A stretch of 64,000 bases of DNA from Picochlorum sp. SENEW3 (lineage: Eukaryota). The stretch lies in NCBI GenBank assembly GCA_034226945.1, contig CP120457.1, forward strand, positions 1,054,001-1,118,000, given 5' to 3'. The position numbers and the translations under genes are program-made. Under the pieces are notes generated by a model. It made no database searches. It saw only the letters and a list, made by a program, of their open reading frames with translations, and had not been told where the DNA came from. The first letter of the stretch is position 1. Every line of letters begins with the position of its first letter. Of this stretch, positions 20,820 through 31,510 are shown in pieces.

Positions 20820-23800
20820 ATGGATGAGTTAAAGAAGCTTCAATATCTATCGTTGGTGAGCAAAGTGACGACAGAGTTGGAGAATAATGTTGGTATAGCT
20901 GATAGGACCGTTTCTGAGTTTGTTATAGAGACGGCCAAGGGGAAGAATGACGTTAAAGAATTTGATGCATCGTTGAGAGAGTACGGGGCTGAGTTCCCGG
21001 GCGGGTTGGTGGAAACGCTGTGGAATGTGATTTCTAGAATGCAAGGGAAGAAGACTGATGCAAAGGGAGGAGCGCGCAATTATTTTGCTGAGAATAGAGG
21101 AGACAAATATGCGGGTTTGAGGATGCCAAACATGGTGGAGGATGTGAAGAAAATGGAAGCAGATATTCTCAAGGAAGGAGAGGAGAGGCGAAAGAGGAGG
21201 ACCCATGGAGATTCTAAGAGGTCGCCTGAACGGGAGAGCAGTCGTAGCGAGCGAAGGAGGGGAAATAATGATCACAGTAGTAGAAGGAGGGGGAGGTCTC
21301 CGCCCCAGAGAGATAGGAGGAGGGTGTATGATGCCCCAGAATTGCATGCTGTTTACGAAGGTCGAGTGAGCAAGGTGGTTGATTTTGGGTGCTTTGTGGA
21401 ACTCCAAGGGTTTCGTTCGAGAACTGAGGGGCTGGTCCATGCCAGTAATATATCTGCGTCTTCGAGGCAGAATCCACGCGATGTGGTGCGGAGGGGGGAT
21501 AGCGTGTGGGTCAAGGTCATATCCTTGTCCAATGACAGGATTGGCCTGTCCATGCGGGATGTAGATCAAAAGACTGGTGATGACTTACTCCCCATACAGT
21601 CTTCTAACGGGGAAAGGCGAGGTGAATCCAAATCATCCCTCTATGGATTGTCAGGCATACAACAGAATGTCAAGGACGCAGTAGAAGCACCAGGGCTTGT
21701 CAAGAAGAGGCGTCGGCGCTTGAATTCTCCCGAGCGGTGGGAAATTAGTCAGCTTATTAAAAGTGGAGTGCTAGATCCAAGCGAGTATCCGGAGTTGGAC
21801 GAAGAATATCATGAGAGGGGAGCTGATGACGAGGTGGAAGAGGAGTTTGAAGTAGATTTGAACGAGGATGAGCCCTTGTTCCTGAAAGGAGTTTCAAGCA
21901 AGAGTACCGGCGGGGTCAGTCCTGTGAAAGTTGTCAAAAATCCTGATGGTTCACTGCAACGAGCCGCGATGACGCAAGGATCTTTGGCAAAGGAGCGTCG
22001 AGAGTTACAGCAGCACCAGCAGAAAACTGTTCTGGAGTCCATTCCCAAGGATTTATCCAAGCCTTGGCAAGACCCAATGGCATCCGGCTCAGATAGAGCA
22101 TTGGCACAAGAACTCCAAGGCGTTGGACTGAGGCCTCATGAGATGCCAGAATGGAAAAAGGCATCCCTAGGAAAGGCACCAACGTTCGGCATCCAGGACA
22201 ATAGGTCAATCAAAGAGCAGCGGGAGTCTTTACCAATTTTCTCATTGAGGGATGCACTGCTGTCTGCGATCCATGATAATCAAGTTTTGGTGGTTATAGG
22301 AGAAACTGGAAGTGGTAAAACAACCCAGATGACGCAGTATTTAGCAGAAGCAGGATATACAGCGAATGGCAAGATTGGCTGCACGCAGCCTAGACGAGTT
22401 GCTGCCATGAGCGTAGCAAAAAGAGTTGCAGAGGAGGTAGGATGTCGTCTCGGGGAAGAGGTAGGTTACGCCATCCGATTCGAAGATTGTACATCCCCGT
22501 CGACAGTGATCAAGTACATGACGGATGGTATGCTACTTCGTGAAGCCTTGCTGGATGATGCCGTCAGTGCCTATTCTGTCATCATCTTGGATGAGGCTCA
22601 CGAGAGGACTATTCACACGGATGTCCTCTTTGGCATCCTCAAGGGTATACTCAAACGAAGGAAAGATCTCAAAGTGATTGTGACCTCGGCCACTTTGGAC
22701 GCAGAGAAATTTTCCTCATACTTTTTCGACTGCCCAATTTTCACAATACCGGGAAGGACATATCCCGTGGAGGTGATGTACACCAAGGTATGTGTATGCT
22801 TGCGTGACTATAGGATCTGCTTCACTTGATTGATAAAATGACCATGTTTACACGGTTTCTGCAGGATCCAGAGAGTGACTATGTGGATGCTGCTCTCATA
22901 ACTGTCATGCAGATTCACTTGACGGAACCAGAGGGAGATATACTGCTCTTCCTCACCGGGCAGGAGGAAATTGATACCGCCGCACAAGTCCTCTATGAAA
23001 GAACCAGAGCACTAGGCCCCGCTGTACCAGAGCTGATCATTCTACCAGTTTACTCGGCCCTACCGTCTGAGATGCAGAGCAGAATTTTTGAGCCAGCCCC
23101 TCCAGGTGCCAGGAAAGTTGTTATTGCAACGAATATTGCAGAAGCATCCCTGACGATCGATGGAATATACTACGTTGTTGACCCTGGATTTTCAAAGCAG
23201 AAGGTGTATAATCCAAAGATAGGTATGGACTCGCTGGTCGTCGCTCCCATCAGTCAGGCGTCTGCTCGCCAGAGGGCTGGACGTGCAGGTAGAACGGGCC
23301 CGGGAAAATGCTACAGGCTGTACACTGAAGTCGCATTCAAAGAGGAAATGCTCCCCACAACCGTTCCAGAGATTCAGCGGTCAAATTTGGCCATGACTGT
23401 GCTGACCATGAAAGCCATGGGCATCAATGACCTACTCAATTTTGATTTCATGGACCAGCCCCCTCCCCAGACCCTTGTCACAGCACTCGAGCAGTTGTAC
23501 AACCTGGGCGCCTTGGACGAGGAAGGCCTCCTCACCAAATTAGGTCGCAAAATGGCAGAATTTCCCCTCGACCCACCAGTGTCCAAAATGCTCATCGCGA
23601 GCGTCGACTTGGGATGTAGTGAAGAAGTTGTCACAATCATTGGCATGCTCAGCGCTCAAAACATCTTCCATAGGCCTCGAGATAAACAAGCCGCTGCTGA
23701 CCAACGTAAATCCAAGTTCAATCAGCCAGAAGGAGATCATTTGACTATGTTGGCTGTTTACGAGGCGTGGAAGGCAGCAAAATTCTCAACCCCGTGGTGC

Positions 23801-24271
23801 TATGAGAATTTTATCCAAGCCAGGTCCATGAGAAGAGCCCAGGATGTCAGGAAACAACTCGTCACCATCATGGATCGATACAAGCTGGACCTCGTCAGCG
23901 CTGGTCGAAATTGGAAAAAGATTCAAATGGCAGTAGCCTCAGGGTTCTTCTTCCACGCGGCAAGAAAGGACCCGCAGGAGGGATACAAGACTGTCGTTGA
24001 GCAGCAGTCTGTAGCCATCCACCCCGGATCATCCCTGTACCAACAGCAGCCAGCATGGGTGATCTATCATGAATTGGTGCTCACAACAAAAGAATATATG
24101 CGAGAAGTCACGGCTATAGATCCGAAATGGCTCGTCGAGTTGGCCCCCAGGTTCTTCAAACAGGCTGATCCCCACAGGTTGAGCAGGAGGAAGCGGCACG
24201 AAAAGATTGAGCCATTGCACGATCGATACAGAGATCCAAATGATTGGAGGCTTTCCAGAAGACGGGGATAA
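20820..24271 (+). CDS. PRP22: Spliceosomal DEAH helicase PRP22/DHX8; intron 22788-22864
   Basis: YLSLVSKV N-terminus, RS region, S1 domain, [25 protein letters not shown]. Confidence 0.97.
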
Positions 24272-24336
24272 ATTAATTTTAAATACACATGTGCATACAC
24301 GTGTAAGAAGATATCGAAGAAAACTACTGTAGCGGG

Positions 24337-25084
24337 ATGAGTACGGTGGAAGTCAGAACGACCTATCTCACCCTGTATAACGTATGCCAGGCATTTGGAT
24401 GGCTTTATGTACTCTATAAATCAATTCACGGTACAATAGATGCCTCTTCCTTATCAGGGGCCATGCCTGCTGCAGGCTCTAGCGTCGGTTCGTGTTTTCA
24501 ATTTTGAAAATGTTAGTACTCTCGATAGGGGCACGCTCACGCATGATTCCCTTTGCAATGCAGCGCTATTCCAAATGGTATCTTTTCTCGAGATTCTCCA
24601 TGCTCTTCTAGGACTGGTTCGGGGGTCCCCTATGGCAGCACTTTTGCAGTGGGTTGGCAGGTCCAACGTCCTCTATGCGATTGTTTTGGCGATTCCAGAG
24701 ATCAAGTCGGGAGTGGCAGCTGGGGCCATGGTTCTTGCATGGTCTCTTTCCGAGATCATACGGTACCCATGGTACGCTGCCCAGCTGAAAGGCGCCTGCC
24801 CTTTCTGGCTGACCTGGCTGCGGTATACCATGTTCATCCCCTTGTACCCTGTTGGAGTGTTGGGAGAGATAGTTTCGATTTACAATGCTCTGCCAACAAT
24901 TGCATCAAAACATATGTACAGCATTAGCATGCCGAATTCGTGGAACTTTGGCTTTGACTACGCAGTATTTTTAAAACTCGTGTTGCTGGTATATCCACTG
25001 CTCTGGTGGCAGCTCTATGCCATGCTGCTGAAAACTCGATCCAAAAAATTGCCTGGTTCGTTTATGAAGAAGAAGAAAATGTAA
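24337..25084 (+). CDS. PAS2: Very-long-chain 3-hydroxyacyl-CoA dehydratase (HACD/PAS2); intron 24488-24563
   Basis: YLTLYN...GW exon, LEILHALLGLVR, WSLSEIIRYPWY, WLRYTMFIPLYPVG, dilysine C-terminus. Confidence 0.9.
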
Positions 25085-25087
25085 TAG

Positions 25088-25516
25088 TCATTCGTATAAC
25101 AAATAGGATACAAGCTCCCGACTGTGGACGACACAATCGCTGTGAAGCAATCGAATCTCTGGAGCCCACATGTTCTTCTGAAATTCCACAGCTCTCTCCA
25201 CGACCGCTTCCACATCTTCGTCCACAACCCCTACCAAATCTCTTTCCTGGAGATTAAAATGTTTCACGTTACTCTTGACGCGGAGCAGAGCCGGCACGGA
25301 TTGCAATGCAAGCAAAGCTGCCAGTGTCCTTGGGTGTGTGGGATCCTTTGGGATCACATCAAACCAATGCATGGGGGAAGCCCCGTCTCCTGCAGGGAAT
25401 GGACGCACTATGACAGCATGGTGCAGTCTGAAAAGAGGAATCTTCGGTGCTCCCAAGAGATGCGTCCGAATTCGAAACACCTCCGTCTGTTTGGTGGAGC
25501 TAGGCTTGGACTGCAT
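25088..25516 (-). CDS. Conserved-looking hypothetical protein (~142 aa)
   Basis: Fills the gap between PAS2 and FAD4; HHAVIV...FDVIPKDP...DC..HSRELV pattern; family not identified. Confidence 0.55.
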   Translation of the reverse strand: MQSKPSSTKQTEVFRIRTHLLGAPKIPLFRLHHAVIVRPFPAGDGASPMHWFDVIPKDPTHPRTLAALLALQSVPALLRVKSNVKHFNLQERDLVGVVDEDVEAVVERAVEFQKNMWAPEIRLLHSDCVVHSRELVSYLLYE

Positions 25517-25783
25517 CGCCACTCACATGTATGACCCGCGCATTCCGTATCAACATCAGTACTATATTTTTACATCAATTACATACGTCCTTGGCACTCG
25601 ACGTCGAACCAATCGTTAATAGATGCAATACAGGGGTGATCTTCCTTGATTAGATACGTGAAAAAAGAAAACGAACTCCTTTCGAAAGTTCCCCATCCAA
25701 CCGGGGAGCAACATATATCCAGTATTTAATTATTTTATTTACCACAGTGTTTTGTTAATATTTAGTGTGTGCACTGCGTGACA

Positions 25784-26704
25784 ATGGCACTCACAACCGC
25801 GCTGTGTGGCTCTGGATATGCCATGCTTCAACGACACCGGACGGTGTCCGTTGCTCAGCGCAACACGCTGTATCTCGTAGCAGAAAGAAAATCTTTATTA
25901 CACAACAGGGTGTATGCGGTGGCACCTGATAGCGTGGTGGAGAAGGAAGGGCAGGAGGCCAAGGTTGGGCGAGTGGTGTTGGAGTCTGAAGAAGAGCTCA
26001 AGAGTACGTGGGAGCATAGAGCCCTGGTGGGGAGTTCGATCTGTCTGATGGCGGCGACATTTTACAGTGGATTGTCGCATGCGGATGGTTTGCTGGACTA
26101 CGCTAGCTTTGCGATTGGTACTGTGGCAGCATATTTTTTATCTGACTTGGGGACTGGAATCTACCACTGGGGTGTGGATAATTATGGAGACGGAAACACA
26201 CCAGTGTTTGGGGGCCAGATTGCAGCTTTTCAGGGCCACCATCAGCGTCCTTGGACTATTACAGAGCGCGAATTCTGCAACAATGTCCACAAAGTATTTG
26301 GCCCAGCCATTCCAGTGGCAGGGGCACTCTTCCTGGGATCATGCGTGCATCCAGGCACTTGGTCGGCGGTGTCGTCTACCTTTCTGTTTTTGGTGTGCAT
26401 GAGCCAACAGTTCCATGCGTGGAGCCATATGAAAAAGAGCGAGCTCCCGGCTTTTGTTTGGATGGCACAAGATGCTGGGCTGCTGATATCCAGGAAGGAT
26501 CACGGAGCACACCACAAGGCTCCATTCGATGGTAATTATTGCATTGTATCAGGCATTTGGAACCCAATCTTGGATCAGGAAGGTGATGAGAATAAAAGCT
26601 TCTTTAGAATCATGGAGCGTCTTGTGTATAATGTGTATGGTGTGGAGCCACGATGTTGGCATGAGCCACAGGAGGACTGGATGGAGGAGAAGAGGGTGGC
26701 TTGA
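25784..26704 (+). CDS. FAD4: Fatty acid desaturase 4 (TMEM189/CarF family), plastid
   Basis: GIYHWGVDNYG, FQGHHQRPWTIT, SQQFHAWSH, HGAHHKAPF, YCIVSG. Confidence 0.93.
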   Translation: MALTTALCGSGYAMLQRHRTVSVAQRNTLYLVAERKSLLHNRVYAVAPDSVVEKEGQEAKVGRVVLESEEELKSTWEHRALVGSSICLMAATFYSGLSHADGLLDYASFAIGTVAAYFLSDLGTGIYHWGVDNYGDGNTPVFGGQIAAFQGHHQRPWTITEREFCNNVHKVFGPAIPVAGALFLGSCVHPGTWSAVSSTFLFLVCMSQQFHAWSHMKKSELPAFVWMAQDAGLLISRKDHGAHHKAPFDGNYCIVSGIWNPILDQEGDENKSFFRIMERLVYNVYGVEPRCWHEPQEDWMEEKRVA

Positions 26705-26743
26705 ATGTTTTCTATTTTTTTATTTTTAAAATAACAATACTGT

Positions 26744-27841
26744 CTATTTCTTTTTCGTCGCAAGGATCAGTCTGTGTCTCGGGTCAGACTCCAAAGTCCT
26801 GACATGCTCAAACCCTGCTTGCCGCAAACATGCTTCTGTGTCAAAAGCGTAATATTCGTCACTGTGTGGCTCTGTGGATTTCATCAAAGTAAAAAGCGGT
26901 GCAGGAAGATTCTGTATAACCGCGCTTTTCGGGTTGTTGTCCAAAAAGAAGCACGTTCCCCCCGGCCGCAAGATCCTCATGCATTCCTCTGCAATGACCC
27001 TGGTGGGCTCTGGTGGCAACTCATGGAGCAAGAATTGGCAGCTCACAGCATCAAAGGACTCGGAATCAAACTTTGTGTGTTCAGCATTCCCATGAACATA
27101 CGTTACATTTTCTTTCTCATGCTGCAGCCCAAAGAGAGCCCCGCCCTGCTGCTTGCGAAGCAAGGCCACAGAGAGCATGTAGGGACTGAGGTCCATGCCA
27201 ACAACCGAGGCCTTGGGCCATGATCTCGCCACGTATGTGGTCGATACCCCCACAGAACACCCAATATCTAATATTCGTTCGATATCTCTGCAATCGCACT
27301 CTTCCATGTACCCTTTCACCATGTCAAATGCAGTATCTCTCAACCGATCCTGGGCAACAACTGGCTGTAACCCAACTTCATCCTTCCACACCCTCATCGC
27401 CATGCTATACGTGGCAGGTTCTGCCTCAAAGGCTGCCAACCAGTTCATATTCCCTTCATCGTACCCATGGAATGGCTTTGTAAAATAGTCTGGATACCTA
27501 CCCTCCTTGTCCTCGACCTCCTCGAACAACCGCTGCAATCTCGACAAATCAGACTCGAGCGCCTTCACACAGGAACTCCAAGCGATGTCACTATTCTCAG
27601 CAGTCGCCTTCATCTGCTGACGAGCTCCTAATTTCAAGAGATTGAATATCAGCGGAGTCTCAATGGCAAGATTGACAGCTTTGGATATGACCGTGTCACC
27701 AGTCCAATCAGGACGATCGCTACCTGATTCTATTTTCTCTGAAACAGCATATGTCTTCCTTTGTTGCCGTGGTGGCACTGTCAGGCTTGGTACTGATGCT
27801 CCACCATTCCTCAAACAAGTGGACACGTGTCTCAAGTTCAT
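26744..27841 (-). CDS. Class I SAM-dependent methyltransferase, probably plastid
   Basis: PFHGYDEGN, ILDIGCSVGVST, DLSPYML, LHELPP, RILRPGG, KSTEP; start uncertain (27841 or 27943). Confidence 0.88.
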   Translation of the reverse strand: MNLRHVSTCLRNGGASVPSLTVPPRQQRKTYAVSEKIESGSDRPDWTGDTVISKAVNLAIETPLIFNLLKLGARQQMKATAENSDIAWSSCVKALESDLSRLQRLFEEVEDKEGRYPDYFTKPFHGYDEGNMNWLAAFEAEPATYSMAMRVWKDEVGLQPVVAQDRLRDTAFDMVKGYMEECDCRDIERILDIGCSVGVSTTYVARSWPKASVVGMDLSPYMLSVALLRKQQGGALFGLQHEKENVTYVHGNAEHTKFDSESFDAVSCQFLLHELPPEPTRVIAEECMRILRPGGTCFFLDNNPKSAVIQNLPAPLFTLMKSTEPHSDEYYAFDTEACLRQAGFEHVRTLESDPRHRLILATKKK

Positions 27842-28350
27842 CCTTCTAGATACAGATGTAACCCTGTTTAAGCTTGTTTCTGGTATGACATGAATTAAAA
27901 GGTAATTAAATGTACATTTGAATTTAAGAATTAGTTTGGACATAGAGCTCGGTGTCTTGGATCAGATAAGACGCCTCAGGCCTGCATGGGGTTCTTCAGA
28001 CCATTCCATGCTGAGAGAAAAAGGATCTCTCTCATCTCGTTGGGTCGAACCTCGAACAAACACATACCATGTCGAACTCACATGTCTATGGTGAATTTGG
28101 TTTATTTCTTATGCATTCCAGGCTTGATAGAGAGAGAAGAAAGCTGTTGTAACTATTCATCACTAGGTGTATAGTTCTGGGCTTGCTTGACAAGGTGATC
28201 ACTGCATTGTGGAGGGAACAGATGGATTGCTGAGTGAGAGAGAGATTCCCTTTCCATTTGCATAGCCCTGAAAGACTACTATTTCTTTTCGTGTATTTTA
28301 TGGAAGGAGAAGCGTGAAATTTTGGTCGTGGTGGTTGTTCTAGGAGTCAG

Positions 28351-30196
28351 ATGCAAGCATCCTCCTGGGTTTTGGCACAGGACCACGATGAGACCAACAT
28401 GCCTGCTGGGCGTGGAGGGTATAGTGGAGAAGACAAAGACGATAATTACGTAGAGTGTCGTAGCGTGGCCCAGATATATCAATATGGCTCTGCAGATGGC
28501 GTGGAATGTAGGGTATGTAGCAGCACAATGACATCAGGGAGTTGGAGACGTGGGTGGCGAATTGAGCTTCGCCTGGAGGAAGAGGGCACCCTGAAGGATG
28601 AGGATCGCCCATTATATGCAAACTTATGCAACAGGTGCGTTTTTGTGTCCAGTATTGCTGCTGCTCTGGGAGTGTGGTTGGAGGAGGGCAACGTTCGGAT
28701 GTCGCATGGCAGTACCGGACGGCTGTTTGATCACCCAAGGACGTCGCCTTGTGTCGTTTGAACGCGTTTCGCTCTTCCCATCGTCCGCTGGTGCTTCCTC
28801 ATAGTACTTTACATCATGGTGAATAATGTGGACGCATATAATTCATTTGAATACAGATGCGGACAGCGTTGGGCAAAGTTGGGCAAGGTGTCTTCCCCAG
28901 ACGCTTTGAAGGAGGTCATGAAACGGTCCGGTGGGTTTGCTGATGATGGATATCGAAAGAAGAGTAAGATGAACGATACAAAAATATATGGAGATGGAGA
29001 TTCGTTGCCTGTAGCGACCGAGAATCACTACTCGGGGTACATTATGACGAGAGTGATAGAGGACAAGGTAACGTATGCTCTGTTTTGGCTCCTGGATGTC
29101 CGGGAAAATTGGTTGCTTGTTGCACTGGTACGTCTTTTTTTTTTCATACCTCGTGTACTGTTTTTGAGGACTTGAACAAAATGGCATGTCCTCTAGCTGG
29201 CACTCGATCTTCTGTGACTTGTCCGTTCTTTCTCCGTCGGATGTTGTAACCCTACCACCTCGTATGCAGGGCGTGGATCCCAGGAGCTCTGGCCATTTCA
29301 CATACCAGCATGCACCAGCGTTATCTGATGGAATTACATCGCATCTCAAATGTACAAATCGATCTGAGACTATCAAATGGATAAAATCTAATTTCGGAGA
29401 TGTTCAGTTACTCTCACATGACTGGAGATCGAGAGTTCCTACTCTGAGTGCTGCTCAGATATCTGGGATGCTTGGGGCTAACAAGAGCTCCATACAACAG
29501 CAGCAGCAGCAACAACATTTGTGCCAGATTTGTGGATGCAATCATCCCACGGAAGATTGTGGTCTGAGATCGACTGCGTTCAGTCCAGGCTTGTTGGCGT
29601 CGAAACACTTTGCTGAGGACTCTGACATTCGCGCGCTGCTGGACCAAAGCATAGAGCTAGGCCCCTTTCAGAATGGAGACAGCACCCCATCTGGAGATTT
29701 ATTTGCAAGTGTGAGTCCCCATGAATCTCTTCCGAGCCCATCCATCGTGTTTCAGCCTGAAAATACGAATCAAAACCCAGGCATCTTGGCAAATGATGCC
29801 CCGCAGATTCCCATGCCACATCAAGACATTCTGTCAAAGAGGACTATGGCACACGAGGCTGAAAACATGTACATAGACTGGACATCCACACTCCCAAAAA
29901 GTATTGTAGAGGACATATTTGAAGCCTGGTCCCGATCATTACGGTTTTTCAATTGTGACAGTAGGTCTGTCGCTTTGCCTGGAATGAATGGTACAACGAC
30001 CGGCATTCCACAGGTGCTGACCATTCTCCATCAGCTACTTGCCTGCAACGAGGTAGACTTCGAGCTCTTATCAAAGTCTAATATTTCATCCTCGATTGCT
30101 CGCCTCTGTAGACACCCTGATGCAACCATAGCGGCCAGATCAAGGCAGTTGGTGGAAAAGTGGAGGAGTTGTGCATTTCAGGCACTCAAACAATGA
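28351..30196 (+). CDS. Nuclear protein with GATA/VAL-like zinc finger, CCHC-like knuckle, polyQ and TFIIS-N (Med26-type) domain; introns 28635-28856 and 29068-29269
   Basis: Splicing gives CRVC...WRRGW...NLCNRCG; CQICGCNHPTEDC; C-terminal LLSKSNISSSIARLCRHPD...SRQLVEKW. Confidence 0.7.
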
Positions 30197-30217
30197 TATG
30201 ATACAGTCAAAACTTGG

Positions 30218-30260
30218 TTTCATTTCACTTCATTTCATTTGATTTCATTTACATTTCATT
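30218..30260. repeat. Degenerate (TTTCA)n microsatellite between convergent genes
   Basis: tttcatttcacttcatttcatttgatttcatttacatttcatt. Confidence 0.8.
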
Positions 30261-30275
30261 GAGAAACAACAATAC

Positions 30276-31067
30276 TCATCGCGCCGTCCAGCCACCATCT
30301 ACAGAAATCACAGAGCCAGTGATTGCCGCTGCATCGTCACTTGCTAAGAAGGCAACAGTTGCCCCTACCTCCTCTCCCCGCACGAATCTCTTGATCGGCT
30401 GATCAGCCAAGAGAATATCTTGAATAATTTTTTCTTTGGGCACACCGCGCGCCTTGGCCTGTCCTTCCAGCTGCTTATCAATCAACTCAGTATGAACATA
30501 ACCTGGACATACACAGTTTGCTGTGACCCCTTTCGTGGCGGTTTCCAATGCCACTGTCTTGGTGAATCCAGCAACTCCATGCTTTGCTGCATTATAGGCA
30601 CTCTTGTATGGCGATGCCACCAAGGAATGCATCGAGCCAGTGTTGATTATTCTTCCCCAGCCTCTCTCGATCATCCTTGGCAAGGCTGCCTTTGTGGGAA
30701 GAAATGTTCCCTTCAGAACCACATTCATGATCTCATCCCATTTCTCCTCCGGAAAATCTTCTACGCTACATACATGCTGCACTCCAGCGTTATTCACGAG
30801 CACATCCAAAGAGCCGTGCCGCAAGTGAATCCTCTTGACCAAATCCTCGACTTCGTCGCTCTGTGTAATATCGGCTCCTTCAGCCCATATAAGTCTTCGA
30901 TCGAGTCCCAAATTATCGTTTAACTCTTTTGCGATTCTATCCAAAGCATTGCGAGACTCCAACCCATGTAAAATCGTCGTGAACCCGCTACGTGCCAATG
31001 CTGAAACTATTCCATTTCCGATGCCGCGCAGAGTCGAGGACCCTGTCACCAGTGCAACTCGAGACAT
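30276..31067 (-). CDS. D-3-hydroxybutyrate dehydrogenase (SDR, bacterial BdhA-like)
   Basis: TGSSTLRGIG, NNAGVQHV, SMHSLVASPYKSAYNAAKHG, CPGYVHT, DGGWTAR. Confidence 0.88.
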   Translation of the reverse strand: MSRVALVTGSSTLRGIGNGIVSALARSGFTTILHGLESRNALDRIAKELNDNLGLDRRLIWAEGADITQSDEVEDLVKRIHLRHGSLDVLVNNAGVQHVCSVEDFPEEKWDEIMNVVLKGTFLPTKAALPRMIERGWGRIINTGSMHSLVASPYKSAYNAAKHGVAGFTKTVALETATKGVTANCVCPGYVHTELIDKQLEGQAKARGVPKEKIIQDILLADQPIKRFVRGEEVGATVAFLASDDAAAITGSVISVDGGWTAR

Positions 31068-31510
31068 TTTATATCATAATTGAAACACGTTTTCTCAATA
31101 TGAAGATTATCTGCCAAATGCAGCTGAAATCATGCCACTCCATGCATGTCGAGAGCACCACCTTTCCAGGCTCCTCGGTGACCGGGTGGAAGATGGGGAT
31201 ATACGCCTCGCCATTGGTGAATCTTCCATCGTGTTGAAATGATTCATGATCCAGCAACAACCGCTAGGTGGTACCAGCCCTTGCTGCACCTTCATGCCCC
31301 AGCACGCGTATTTAAAAACAAAATTCTTGCTTATTCGTTTCGTATTTCTCGCGAACTTCGAGTTGATTACATCGGTACCCGAAGTCGAGTTGCTCCGGAT
31401 ACGTAGGAGCTTCTGAGCGATATCACGGTTCGTCATGGAGTGGGGTTTTTTGAACTCGAGTGCGCAAATGAATGTATGATATTTGCTCATGCAGATTTTT
31501 CAAACGGAAC

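Noticed and set aside
24284..24305. Adjacent palindromes CACATGTG and TACACGTGTA read as another excision footprint
   Set aside because: No duplicated target triplet; could simply be E/G-box motifs
24337..26704. PAS2 + FAD4 as a lipid gene cluster
   Set aside because: Different compartments and pathways; proximity is plausible by chance in such a dense genome
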